A DNA stretch of 64,000 nucleotides. Origin: Psammoneis japonica (taxonomy: Eukaryota). The notes below the pieces were generated by a model. The model had not been told where the DNA came from. It searched no databases and saw only the letters and a list, made by a program, of their open reading frames with translations. Positions within the stretch are counted from its first letter, which is position 1. Each line of letters begins with the position of its first letter. Location: assembly GCA_008632985.1 (NCBI GenBank), contig QPGO01000025.1:62001-126000 (forward strand), written 5' to 3'. Shown here one piece after another: positions 50,300 to 62,019 of the stretch. The position numbers and the translations under genes are program-made.

Positions 50300-51700
50300 T
50301 TGAGGTTGATGAGGGTTGAGGCGGGTTATTGCGTCACACGGAACACGGAATCCACACACAAGAAGTAGCGATTCACTCACATGAAGAACGGAATCCAGAC
50401 ACGGTCGTTGTTTCGTGCCTCTCTTGCTCTGCCCGGCACGGCAGACCCATGCGGCGACCACGCCTTCTGCTGTCACTCCTTGCGGCACATGACAACACTC
50501 TCCAATGCTGTCCGGACGGTTTGTTTGCTGCCCTTCAGGCTGTCGGCCCAGCACCCTCCGGCATCTGTGCAGACTCGCCGGGCATGCACCACGAGCCTGC
50601 CAACCTCACCCCCCACCACTCTCCCCTCAAATGCCCCACCAACGTTGGCACTCAACTCACCCTTGCTCACACCACTGCTTCACCCTTGGGACACACTTGC
50701 CTCACCATTGATGCCACAGTCCCTCTGAGCTGCCGAAGGGTTCCAGCCCCAGGTGGAACTCCGTGTGACATTGGGCCCACAGAATTCCACATGCGAGCTC
50801 CGCAGCAAATTTGTGCTGCAATGAAAATGTGTGTGATTGCCAACAGAAAAAGAGGCAATTTTACGAATGCATCTCCTCCTTCATGCTTGGAGGACATCAT
50901 TGACAGTTTGCCCGGGTGTGTTCTTCAGACATTAAAGAACATGCCCAGTGCATTTTCATTCTCACAAATGTTGAAAATGGAAAGCCTTTGGCTTCGCAAA
51001 ACAGGGAGCATGAAACAATTTTGTAGAATGTCACACGTAGAAATGTGCGTGTGCAACATGCGACACGATCCAAAAAACTGTTGATGTCACAGCTCAGCAG
51101 TGCGAGGTCCCACCTGGAGCTGGAGCGCATCTGCTGCCCACCCCCTCTCAGCTCCCAGCTTGCCTGCTCCCATGCTCAACCCTTTTGCCAAGGCACATGA
51201 TCGCACAAGCACCAAGCGAAAGTTTCGCAGCAACCACGACTCTCAGCATGAATCAACGGCTGTGGCTGCCTTGATTCAAGCGGGTCTTTGCATTGTTCTT
51301 TTTGCCATTGACTGCCTTGGAGCACTGGGATGTTTCACCACCTGTCCACCACTCAGTCCCGGCCAATGTGCCATCTGGTCTCCGTGCCCCCCGATCTGCC
51401 TTGGATGCCCAAACCATCCTTTCAGTGCCCAGCTGCCCATCATGATGCATGTGCCTGTGTCTGTGCCCAACATTCACCATCAGGGATCATCTCAGCTGCC
51501 AAGCATCTCCAATGTGACCTGGTTTGACCTTTCCCCCAGCACACCACTGCGCCGCTCCAACAGGGCCTCTGGAGCATTGGCCTGACAGTTGCCAAGTCCA
51601 TTGCCAACCAACCTGCCCAATGCTCTGCCAAATTGCACACGCACCTCACTGCACCTTGCTGCACCCCACCCCAAACCCCTTCCTTTTCTTGTCTGCATGA
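50300..51700 (+). mobile_element. Relic 3' end of a CRE-like non-LTR retrotransposon (restriction-like endonuclease)
   Basis: DGLFAALQ..EP.NL.P...KCPTNVG..LTIDATVP (degenerate RPAD..IDVT), then KRKFR..LFAIDCLGALG. Confidence 0.62.
50737..51130. mobile_element. ~390-bp MITE nested in the CRE-like relic; same family as 15121-15416
   Basis: TIRs TTCCAGCCCCAGGTGGAAC / GTCCCACCTGGAGCTGGAG. The right end aligns with 15318-15416. Confidence 0.75.
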
Positions 51701-52174
51701 CTCAGTTTTCTTTTAAGATTTCATCATCCCACTGCAGCTTTCGTCATCCACACCGTGCCACCAGGTGAACACAACAGGGCACGTGCATGCATTGTTCTCT
51801 TTGATGATCAGCCCTTCTTTGCCAACTTCTTTCTGTTGTCTCATTTTTAAGACCAACATCTCTCTCTCTCTACCTGCTGTAGATCTTGCAGCTGTCCACC
51901 AGACGCCGTCACTTTCCTTGAGCTTATTCCTCGACGTGAGCCACAAGATTTGGATTTCGGCGCGCATACAAAGTCAATGTGCTGGGAAACAAAAAGATGC
52001 TGAGGGTTAAAGGAATATACCTAAAGGTTTCTACTGCAAAAGTGTGTGTTCTATGAGTTTCCAGCTTTTCAAAACGAAACAGGAAATGCTTCATTGTCGA
52101 AGATTGTCGAAGCCAAGGCTTCGGTTCGGTCACGCTTCATACCGAGAGAAGATAATTTTCTTGTTGAGGCCAAC

Positions 52175-54304
52175 TTATTCAGAGATCGAATCCTCCTTTA
52201 AAAGATCACCCATCTCGACCAAAGCTTCATCTAACAATTCACAAAAGCGGTTCACGTAATTGTTCTCCTTTCGACTTGTACAGGTAAAAATGCATGAGTC
52301 CTTCCCGACAAGATATCCTATTCCTAGGCCGTCTTCCGTAACCGGTCCAAAGCCCGGAGCATACGTGACGGTACTAGTGGACAGTCTCCAATGCTGAGAT
52401 TGCTCAAATAGGGGATGAGACAAAAGACTCGGCGCATCTTCACCTTCTTCTTTCATACTAGAAAGACCAAAGAAGTGGCGATCCACGCCCATCCCTTCGG
52501 ATGCTTTTTGTTGGTATTGATCGTGTACAGCCGCAGCTCGATTCAACAACTCAAGCTTCGTTTCTCTATCTACATCAGGATTAGGCTTTAAGCCCATGCA
52601 TTCCACAAAAGCTCTGCTTTCAGGTGACAATGGGCGAATGGTCTCGGTTCGACCGTTTAGAAAGCTCCGAGTCAGTGCCGCTTCATAGGCAACAGCCAGT
52701 TCTCCAAAGAGTCGATATGACGCCAATTGCAATGCCATTTGCGCGTAATCATGACAAGTAAATCCAGCATTCTTGATAAAGGGTTTTCCATATCCCTTGA
52801 ACTCTTCAACTTTGATTTCATAGTCGTTGGTAAGCTTTGCGTGGTGCTCCCTGGCATTCGACACGAGATTCTCGGCAGTCTCTTTCAATGTCGGCAACGA
52901 CCAGCAGTCGGCAAAGATGTCGGTAACGCCATCCAAGTAGTCACTTGAACTCGTCAAGTCACTCTGTTTTCTGCAAAGGCGCTTGTACGTTGTCTTTAGG
53001 ATCCTTGTAATGAGAGGAATGGCTGGTGCTGCGTCAAGCATTGAATGCTCTCCCATGTATGCGACTCTGCCATTCTTGGTACAAATGAGCTGCAGCGGCT
53101 TGTCAAACCAACGGTTTCCTCCACAAGTATCTCCACCGTGCCAAAAGATACGAGCAGCATCCGTCGTAGATTCTGGTTCCTGAGTATGGTAGTAACGATA
53201 GAACGAGAGTGAGCTGTTGTGGACTACCTTGCTATGGGACGCAATCTCAAAGTGCGGTACTTTACTTACTTCATCGTCCAAATTCAGCACAAACGCACCA
53301 CCCTCCAGTTTGCTAAATGCCTCTTTCATGGTATCTCCACCGACGTCTAACAACGTTTGACGAGCCTTGGCCCAATCATCTCGATTCTGGCTAGTCAACC
53401 AACCCAGTTGCGGTGCGTTCCCGTCTTCTGACAACTCGACACATCGTTGTAGCCTATTTTGCAACACTTGCAATGGCAGTGGTTCACCCGTGTTCTCATC
53501 CACAAAATCCACAGCAAAGAACTGTCCACGACAAGCGACAATACAATGTTGATGCAGACTTGGATCGTACAACTTATAGAAATCCTTGGTTTCTTGTGGA
53601 ATGCGACATGAATGCAGCATGTACTTGAAAAAGCTGCTGCACATGTAATTATTCTCTCCCATGACTTCGGCGGGCATGGTTCCAGTTGCAAGGAGTTTGC
53701 GACTTTGACCCATGGCGGTTAGAATGGCTGCAGCACGAGCGATACCCTTGGAAACCGACAAATCCTTGGGCAAAGTCGAGTCGTCGGGAACAAACAAAAA
53801 GTACGAGACAAAGACAGCAACAGGATCTCGATACGTTAGATAGCTGTCTGTCCACAGTCGTTGTAGCCATGAAGAGTCCTTGTACTCCTCCTTTCGTTTC
53901 AGTAATCGCTCTTGTAATACTTTTGCTTCCGATGGGAACTTGCGACACGCCTCCAAGAGACTTTTGCGTTCCTTTTCATTCTTGGCAAGTGGCAGAGCCG
54001 TCGGCAAAAACGTGTCGATTGTTTCTTCCAGTGTCGGTACAGGAAGACGAGGAAGCTCGGATTGTTTCGAGTACAATGGTCCACCTATTACGTCTTCGAG
54101 ATACAATTCGTTTCGGTAGTCGCCTTTTGCCTCGACGACAGGATGAGGCCAGCGAGGAAACACGGTAGGAGGAGTGGACACATCACGCTTTGGGAGCTTG
54201 GCAGTCTTTGTAGTTGTTATCGGCTCGGGAGTGACATATGCTACCACAGAGGGAGGTAACAGTATGATCAAAAGCAGTGTTCGCGTCATGGTTGGTTTTT
54301 TCAT
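52175..54304 (-). CDS. Choline/carnitine O-acyltransferase with signal-peptide-like leader; in-frame intron 53180-53269
   Basis: LPRLPVPTLEET, SWL..LW...YL.YRDP, NRWFDK, GEHS..DA, YEAA.TR.F..GRTETIR, G.GVDRH.FGL and LSTS..GFGPV motifs. Confidence 0.93.
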   Translation of the reverse strand: MKKPTMTRTLLLIILLPPSVVAYVTPEPITTTKTAKLPKRDVSTPPTVFPRWPHPVVEAKGDYRNELYLEDVIGGPLYSKQSELPRLPVPTLEETIDTFLPTALPLAKNEKERKSLLEACRKFPSEAKVLQERLLKRKEEYKDSSWLQRLWTDSYLTYRDPVAVFVSYFLFVPDDSTLPKDLSVSKGIARAAAILTAMGQSRKLLATGTMPAEVMGENNYMCSSFFKYMLHSCRIPQETKDFYKLYDPSLHQHCIVACRGQFFAVDFVDENTGEPLPLQVLQNRLQRCVELSEDGNAPQLGWLTSQNRDDWAKARQTLLDVGGDTMKEAFSKLEGGAFVLNLDDEVSKVPHFEIASHSKVVHNSSLSFYRYYHTQEPESTTDAARIFWHGGDTCGGNRWFDKPLQLICTKNGRVAYMGEHSMLDAAPAIPLITRILKTTYKRLCRKQSDLTSSSDYLDGVTDIFADCWSLPTLKETAENLVSNAREHHAKLTNDYEIKVEEFKGYGKPFIKNAGFTCHDYAQMALQLASYRLFGELAVAYEAALTRSFLNGRTETIRPLSPESRAFVECMGLKPNPDVDRETKLELLNRAAAVHDQYQQKASEGMGVDRHFFGLSSMKEEGEDAPSLLSHPLFEQSQHWRLSTSTVTYAPGFGPVTEDGLGIGYLVGKDSCIFTCTSRKENNYVNRFCELLDEALVEMGDLLKEDSISE

Positions 54305-54553
54305 TTTTTGCGGTCCAGAAAAGCGTTCTTCCGGTTCTCATCGAAAAAACCGCGGAGTCGCTCTTTTGTGTGTTCGCGTTTTGCGTCAGTTGAATTGGGA
54401 TCTTTCACTATCACAAGATAGAGCTAAACTTTTCAAACACCGAACACCACGCGCGACGTGCGCAAAAATAAGAACCCCATCGGATTTCCGCATCCAACGA
54501 TATCCAATCTTGGCCAACACAACACACAACGCTGAAGAAAACGAAAAGATACC

Positions 54554-55617
54554 ATGATGAGAATACTGATACAAACCATTTCGTTGTGGCTCCTTGTCTT
54601 TGTCAAAGTAGCTGCAGCAAATAAGGCTGCCACGACGGCTCCGTGGGTGAGCAGCATTGCAAGTTTCGCCGCTGGTGGAGTTGGAGGTAGGTATAATTTC
54701 TCGATCCGTAAAATGTTGAGATGCAAGTGCAAGTCATTGTGCGTACTGTAAGGCATCGACAGTCCCTGAATCTTTTTTCTCTTCATTCGCAAAGGAATAT
54801 GTTCCGTGCTAGTTGGTCATCCATTTGATTTGGTGAAGGTGCGGCAACAGACGGCGGCCGATAAAGAAGCTAATCACAAAGGAACTCTTGCAACGTTGCG
54901 ACAAATTGTGAAGACTGAAGGGTTCCGAGGATGTATCGCGGTGTATCGGCACCCATGGTAGCAGTAGCACCCATTTGGGCTACATCCTTTTGGGGCTTTG
55001 ATACGGGTGACAAGCTCGTTCGAGCCGTGTGCGGCTTGTCGGGCGACGCACGCCTCAACTTGCTTCAACTCTGTGTAGCTGGAGGGTTTAGCGCCCTGCC
55101 AGCGGCAATTGTCATGGTACCATGCGAACGTATCAAATGTCTCTTGCAAATCCAACAAGATTCTGGGAGCACCAACAAGAAACAGCAACAGTATGCAGGA
55201 TTTACGGATTGTGCTGCCCAGCTTTATCAACAATCCGGCTTGAGAGGTCTGTACAAGGGCACGTCTTTGACCTTGATGAGAGATATACCAGGCAACATGG
55301 TGTATTTCGGAGTGTACGAAGTGTGCAAACAAGCATTTGGAACCAGTCCTGCGGCAGCATTAGCCGCTGGTGCTTTTGCAGGCATTAGCTTTTGGCCGGT
55401 CGTGTTGCCCATGGATTGTTTGAAATCAAGGTACCAAACTGCGCCCGAAGGTACTTATAAGAATATCGGTGATGTCTACACGGAATTGTTGCAGGAAGAA
55501 GGGGTGGGTGGATTCTTTCGTGGAATTCGTCCAGCTATGCTGCGGTCAGCACCTGCCAATGCAGTTTCGTTTTTGGGTGCCGAATTGACCAAGAGCGCCT
55601 TGTCCAAGTTTCTATAG
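54554..55617 (+). CDS. SLC25A20: Carnitine/acylcarnitine carrier (SLC25A20-like); intron ~54688-54794; apparent 1-nt deletion near 54930
   Basis: AGGVGG..VLVGHPFDLVKVR.QT, YRG.SAP, PCERIKCLLQIQ, YKGT.LTLMRDIP and D.LKSR.QTAPEG.Y motifs. Confidence 0.88.
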
Positions 55618-55761
55618 ACCACGGAACCGTTTTCTGTTGATAGGAAGCACGGTTACTAGCCCTAAATGAATGATAAGAGTTAGAACAATTTGTATTATAT
55701 GCACACCACAATTACTCCTCTCTAGAGATAGCTGCGTCATGCTTTAGATTTACTCTTCTAG

Positions 55762-57381
55762 CTAGTCTTTTTGTTGCAGCTCACCTCGTGATACAACCCC
55801 TTTACGAAAGTCACTCGGGAGGTCCGTATTGAAGTACGTCACATTGCCTTTGTTGACTAACGCAGAAAACGTTTCGTAGTCGTCGGGATCGGGTCCGCTG
55901 TAGGTCCAAACGCCAACGGTGTATCTCTCACTTAATTGACGCAATGCTTGCAAACCATGAGGCTCAAGCATTTCTTTTTCATACTGCAAATAAACGCCAT
56001 CCAAGGAGCCATCGGACGCCTTCAACCACGAGTCAATCGGAGAAGCATCGTTGATACTCACTTGTAGCTCACATGCAATCTTGGGCTCGTCCGCAACCGT
56101 CAAAAGCAAAAGTTTGGGACGAACAACACCATTGGCAGCTGTTATTCGGTTGAGCCCTTGTCTCAAGTTATGCATGGTGTAGGCATCAAAACTCATAATG
56201 ACACTGACGCAAGGTAGCAGCTCCTCGTGCTCATGCAGTAGACGCACCAGAGCAGAGGCCACGGCGGCTTCGTTTCCCGGCTTGATTTCGATAATTAGCT
56301 GGGCCATGTCTGGACCAATGGCGAGAGCCGACTGCAAGACATCAATCAAGAGTGGCGGACGCGAGATACTCTTGAGAGGCATGGCCATGAGTTCTTTGAA
56401 TGTCAAGTCGCAAACTCTCTTGCTTGAATTCGGAGAGGTATGGTCCAGAGCTAGCCGAGAAAAGTCGTCATCGTGAGCCAACACGAGCTTCTCATCCTTG
56501 GTGATTGCGATGTCACATTCACACTGGCAAAACCCCGAAGTCCAAGCTGTCTCGTAGGATGTCAAGCTGTTTTCAATCGGACGTTTGTGGCTGTGATCCA
56601 GTATACTATGGAAACCACGATGGACCACGAGGCATCCCAGTTCTTCAGGCTCCATGGACTGCGCGAGTCGGTGCAGCCATTCCAACTCGTTCTGCCTACC
56701 GCGAACCATTTGCTCGTGCTGATTCGTGTCCTCCTCACTCGCTACACTACCCGCATCAGAACTGTTGTCACTGATAGACGAGTCTGACGAAATAGAATCA
56801 GCCAATAGTTTTCGCAGCAAGTTGATGCCGTCTTGTAGGATGGGGCGCCCAATGGTGAAATTCGCCGTGTAGACAAGTGGCATCAAGGTAGGTGACAATA
56901 CCTGTTGACTAGAATTGAAGGAACCTTCTGGCTCAGTAGTTTGATGATGCTTGTCATACTTCTTGACGAGCTTTCTCAGAGCTTCCGAGTTTAGTGTCGC
57001 CGCCTCGTGAATCTGTTTTATTTCCACCAAGAGTTCTTGCGTCGCTTCTCGTCCTGCGATCTCAGCGTAGACTGCAAGAGCAACGCTTGGAAGTGCTCCA
57101 CGTGATTCGGGATGACCCGCAATGGTGTCAAATACATGACCCCACAAATCCGAAAGGATTCGATCAAAGTCTTGGCTGGCCTTTTCGAGTTGTTGCCGCC
57201 AGCAAGTCTCAAAAGTCGATCCTTCTGTCTTTTTCTCATCAAAGGACGCCGTCGAATCTGGGAGTAATGTTTGCTTATCGGCAATGTGTTTCAAATCATT
57301 GTACGACACAACAAAGAGACTCGTCCCCGCGTTGTCCTTGTTTTCTCGAAATACGCTCAAGTGTCGTCCAAACTTGACCAT
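55762..57381 (-). CDS. SPX-domain glycerophosphodiester phosphodiesterase
   Basis: SPX motifs MVKFGRHL, Y.DLK and LN.EALRKLVKKYDK. GDPD motifs HRG, ENSL, ECD..TKD..LVLAHD and IEIK. Confidence 0.9.
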   Translation of the reverse strand: MVKFGRHLSVFRENKDNAGTSLFVVSYNDLKHIADKQTLLPDSTASFDEKKTEGSTFETCWRQQLEKASQDFDRILSDLWGHVFDTIAGHPESRGALPSVALAVYAEIAGREATQELLVEIKQIHEAATLNSEALRKLVKKYDKHHQTTEPEGSFNSSQQVLSPTLMPLVYTANFTIGRPILQDGINLLRKLLADSISSDSSISDNSSDAGSVASEEDTNQHEQMVRGRQNELEWLHRLAQSMEPEELGCLVVHRGFHSILDHSHKRPIENSLTSYETAWTSGFCQCECDIAITKDEKLVLAHDDDFSRLALDHTSPNSSKRVCDLTFKELMAMPLKSISRPPLLIDVLQSALAIGPDMAQLIIEIKPGNEAAVASALVRLLHEHEELLPCVSVIMSFDAYTMHNLRQGLNRITAANGVVRPKLLLLTVADEPKIACELQVSINDASPIDSWLKASDGSLDGVYLQYEKEMLEPHGLQALRQLSERYTVGVWTYSGPDPDDYETFSALVNKGNVTYFNTDLPSDFRKGVVSRGELQQKD

Positions 57382-57748
57382 GGTGGCACTCCGAAACTGC
57401 TTCTTCCGCAGGTCTTCCGGCTCTTGAAGCTTGCCAAAATGGCATCAACTGAATCTCAACAGCGATAGAAAGTGATAACATCATTCAAAACACTTGCAAT
57501 AGGCTAGAATCTTGTCCACAACACATCATCAAAATCCGCGAATCTTGAGAATCTTCGCCAAAAAGTGAGCAAAAATGAGTCAGTGTCAGTCCGTCGATCG
57601 GCTGATGATGTCAACGCGTCCACAGCGCCTGGCGTGCGTCCGTGTGGATGGAGACCGCGAAAAATCAAACAAAAAATTGAAATCGGCGGCCTCACGATGA
57701 TGTCGGAGCGGTGGGCAAGAACGATATAGAGGGAGACAAAACGCACTC

Positions 57749-58644
57749 ATGCAACCCACAAAGCGAGAAGAAAGTCAAGATGCAGCTTCGGTCAATGACG
57801 TTGATGAAAATGATGCTTTATCAGAGACGGTAGAACGCAATCATGCATTGGAAGAAGAATACATGCGGCGAGCACTCCAAGTTGGTCGTTCGGCACTACA
57901 AGTGGGCGAGGTACCCGTCGGATGTGTGATTGTTTTACGACTCAAAGAAAAGAAAGACTCTGTGATTGTGTCTCATGGCGCGAATCAAGTCAATGCGACC
58001 CGGGACGCCACGCGGCACGCCGAAATTGTAGCGATTGATCGCATGCTGACGGGTGGCGTTTCGTCGGACCACCTGAAACTGCCGGCCCACGTGATTGCGA
58101 AATCAGCTCATGGGGCCATTCCAAAGAATTCATCACTGCTGTTGGCTTCAAAAGCCGATGAAGATAGATTGATTAATGTTCCAGAGGACCCAAAACACTG
58201 GAAGAACAGCTACGGTTGGGGGAGCGGTCGGATATTCAGCAAAGATGAGCTTGCAAATTGTGACTTGTACGTCACATGTGAACCGTGCATAATGGTATGT
58301 GTATGAAAAACGTTTGGATCACACTTACTTCTGTGAGCCTTTAGTCTAATCTTGTGCGTCTTTTATGTTTATTATAGTGCGCTGCTGCATTGGCACGAGT
58401 GGGAATTGGTCGAGTCTTTTTCGGTTGCCGCAACGACCGGTTTGGAGGATGCGGTTCTCTCTTGTATCTTCATCAAAAGGATGCGCTTCCATCAAAATCA
58501 CATACGGGATATCCAATCTACAGTGGAATCTTGGCGGAAGAAGCTATTCAACTGCTCCGCTCCTTCTATGATCGAGAAAACTTTCATGCTCCAGATGACA
58601 AGCGAAGAAAAAAGGACGGGAAAGCAGAGAGCGCTCCATCATAG
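57749..58644 (+). CDS. ADAT2: tRNA adenosine(34) deaminase catalytic subunit; intron 58295-58377
   Basis: EVPVGCV, N...DATRHAE, LYVTCEPCIM|CAAAL, FGC.NDRFGGCGS and LLRSFY..EN motifs. Confidence 0.92.
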
Positions 58645-58778
58645 TTGAACGTAAACATAAAGCTAGCAGGAAAATATCAGTAAGATATCGTTTCAAACGC
58701 ATGCATACATTGTATAAGCTCCCTTTACATCGAAAACACTCTCTATATCAAAAGAAATAAGGTAGCATACAGCTCTTA

Positions 58779-60393
58779 TTACTTTTTGGGGTCGACCTTG
58801 GTGATACTCTTGATCACACCGACAGCAACAGTTTGACGCATATCACGGACAGCAAACCGTCCAAGTGGAGGAAATTCAGTAAAGGTCTCGACACAGAATG
58901 GTTTGGTGGGAATTAGATCAACAATGCATGCATCACCCGTCGACACAAATTTTGGGTTCTCCTCTAAAACCTTTCCCGACCGGCGGTCCATTTTTTCCTT
59001 AATGTGTGCAAATGTGCAGGCAACGTGGGCTGTGTGACAATCCAAAACGGGACAGTATCCATTGGAGATTTGACCGGGGTGGTTCATGACAATTACTTGT
59101 GATTCAAAGCTGGAAACGCCCGAGGCCGGTTCCCAATTGGCGTCTGACGCAACATATCCTCGGTGGAGATCCTTGACGGAAAGGTTCTTGACGTTGAAAC
59201 CCACATTGTCTCCGGGAACCGCCTGGGGAAGTTGTTCATGGTGCATCTCGACCGACTTGACTTCAGCCTCAATACCGGCGGGGGCAAACATGGCAAGCAT
59301 ACCTGGCTTGATGATACCCGTCTCGACACGTCCGACTGGAACGGTTCCAATGCCACCAATCTTGTAAACATCCTGGAGAGGAAGACGGAGGGGCTTGTCA
59401 GAAGGCCGTCTGGGTGGGCTGACATTGTCAAGAGCCTCCAGGAGGTAGGGTCCCTTGTACCAAGGCATGTTGGTGGACTTGTCAATCATGTTGTCTCCTT
59501 CCCAACCAGAGATTGGGACAAACGGGATCTTCATGGGCTTGTATCCCACCTTTTTGAGATAGGCAGCAACCTCCTCTTTAATTTCCTTGAATCGAGCCTC
59601 CTCGTAGTTGACAGTCTTATCGTCCATCTTGTTGCAGGCCACAATCATTTGCTTGACTCCAAGCGTATAAGCCAATAAAGCGTGCTCCCGTGTCTGCCCA
59701 TCCTTGGAGATACCCGCCTCGAAGCCACCTTGGGACGAGTCAATTACGAGAAGGGCAACATCAGCCTGGGAGGTACCGGTAATCATGTTTTTGATGAAAT
59801 CTCTATGCCCAGGAGCATCGATGACTGTGAATTGGTACTTGGGAGATTCGAATTTCCAGAGTGCAATGTCAATGGTGATGCCACGTTCGCGTTCCGCTTT
59901 CAAGTTATCCAGGACCCACGCGTACTTGAAACTTCCTTTCCCCAACTCGGCAGCCTCTTTTTCAAACTTTTCAATGGTGCGCTTGTCAATACCACCGCAT
60001 TTGTAGATCAAGTGGCCAGTTGTGGTGGATTTACCTGTAGTTTTTGAAGGTGGGGAGCGACGTGTGAGAAGGATGCAAGGATCAAAAAATATTCATTCCG
60101 ATTTCTGCCCAGTCGCGTCTCCACGTAAAGGTGGAGGCTACATAAGATACACGCGACTGCACTGATACCCTTTCTGGGTTTCTAAAGTACTAACTACTGC
60201 CATCCATGACAAGCGGGTCTCCGAAATCATGCGCCTTACTTGACCAGGCAGGGAAAAAGATACAGCGTAACACAACGACGGTTTTTCCTCCCTCCTCCAC
60301 CACAGTCATCCATTACAGAACCTAATGAATCAACTTACCGGCATCCACGTGACCGATAACGACGAGAGAAATATGAGTCTTTTCTTTTCCCAT
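58779..60393 (-). CDS. EF1A: Translation elongation factor 1-alpha; intron 60035-60338
   Basis: [37 protein letters not shown]...DAPGHRDF...NKMD...[18 protein letters not shown]. Confidence 0.98.
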
Positions 60394-60767
60394 GGTTGGT
60401 CTTGATTTTGCTTTCACCTGTCACCTGTCACACAATATAAACAATAACACAAACCAAAACAACAACGAAGTAGGGCCTCTAGTGAGCGTGAAGCTGGAAA
60501 GAGTCGAAATCTAGTACTAAGATCCCCCGGTCGGTCGGTCGGACGGACGCGATTGTGATTCAATCCGTCCGTGTGTCGTCCGAAAATAGCGGGAAAACTG
60601 CGACCAAGCAAAGCAACATGCGACGACCAACCAACAACCAAACCACACACACTTGCATGTTTCTTGTGCTAACAGAAAGGTTTTTTTGTTCTTACGATAG
60701 AGAGCACAGCATCGATAGCGTTTGTTTCGATTGTGAGAACTCCTGATCTAATTGTCAAGATTCCAAA

Positions 60768-61331
60768 ATGCCCAAGACATCAAAACTGGAACGCAAGGCG
60801 GCGGCAATTGCTGCAAAGGACAAGGACACAACGTCTGGCGCTGCTAGTACTACCACCTTGAGCCGGGGTCAGCGCAAACGCCAAGCCAAGCGGCAACAAT
60901 ATCTGCAGCGAGAAAAGTTGGTAATGTCGAGTTTACTCTTGAAGAAGCAAGACGAACAAAAGAAACGAATCGATGGCCTGGATGCACTGAGACAAGCTCT
61001 GACTGTGGTGGATACTTCCAAGCAAGAACCAAAAAAGCAACCCACAAAGTCAACTCGAGTCGAAACCAATCATGCGAAGAAGGAAGTCACGGCCCGAGAA
61101 GTCAATCATATGAATCTCGTCATGGAACACCCCGCGTTCCAGGAAAATCCGTTTGGGACCATTCAAGAGCACCTGAAAAACACGCTCCAGGACCAGCGAG
61201 AAGAACTTGCCCTTCAATCGCAAGAGCGAGCCAAAAAGGAAAAGGAAGAGCAAGCTGCGAAAAAGGAAAAGCGCAAGGAACGACAAGGGATGAAGCATCG
61301 AAAGAAGTTTCGTGCAACAAGAAGACGATGA
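60768..61331 (+). CDS. Ribosome biogenesis protein SLX9/FAM207A-like
   Basis: Basic 187-aa protein with LSRGQRKR and V.EHPAFQENPF..IQEHLKNTL. Confidence 0.7.
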   Translation: MPKTSKLERKAAAIAAKDKDTTSGAASTTTLSRGQRKRQAKRQQYLQREKLVMSSLLLKKQDEQKKRIDGLDALRQALTVVDTSKQEPKKQPTKSTRVETNHAKKEVTAREVNHMNLVMEHPAFQENPFGTIQEHLKNTLQDQREELALQSQERAKKEKEEQAAKKEKRKERQGMKHRKKFRATRRR

Positions 61332-62019
61332 GCGAATATGGATTGTCAGCGCTTGGAAGCTCTAGAGTTGATGCCATCTCTTCATGATTTATGCATTGGC
61401 AAAGCTCTACGGTAGGCCCTCGATACTGATGCCCTAACAGGGGCCGACCGGTCATCGAGACTGTAATGATTCTACCTTGCTGTCTGGATTGTAGAGATAA
61501 GGCTCGAAAGAAACGATATCAAGAACATCGGTAGGACAGTGGCTCTAGCGCGAAATTGCCTTTTAAAACACCCGCAAATCGTGATACACGTCCTAAAGAG
61601 AAGAAATATGAGATTGGTGAGGCCGAGCTCTTTTTGGAAGCTTCTGATGCAGACTCACCAGTATTGATGTGACGGGCGATGAAAATCGCAAGCTCTAACT
61701 GGCGCTTGATACTTGAGCGAAGAAGTACAAGAGGCTAAGCAGCTACAATATCACAAACCATGCGTTGATCGCAGCGTGTTAAATTCAATACGGGATATTT
61801 TGGACAAGGAAGAACCTACCATTGAATTATTCATTCTCGAGCAGGGGTTCAAGCCCAACGGCTACGACCGAACGCCGCTTTTACACAAGTGTTCCAGCGG
61901 CGTTCCGTTGCATCAATTAGCGACTGTTCTTGCTTCTATCATTTCGTGAGACCCAGTAAATAAATGCTATAGTTACCGTACAGTATGAGTTGGCACTGTC
62001 CCCATCAGTTGCACCGGCA

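Noticed and set aside
57749..58644. ADAT2 as the enzyme behind TpA->TpG
   Set aside because: The A->I chemistry fits, but this looks like the ordinary tRNA-editing subunit among housekeeping genes. It has no DNA-binding or chromatin domain, and proximity is not evidence.
59086..60047. Plus-strand ORFs antisense to EF-1alpha and other genes
   Set aside because: Shadow ORFs arising from codon bias of the real gene on the opposite strand.
60035..60338. Intronic snoRNA in the long EF-1alpha intron (and the RPL30 intron)
   Set aside because: No convincing C/D or H/ACA box pair with a terminal stem seen by eye.
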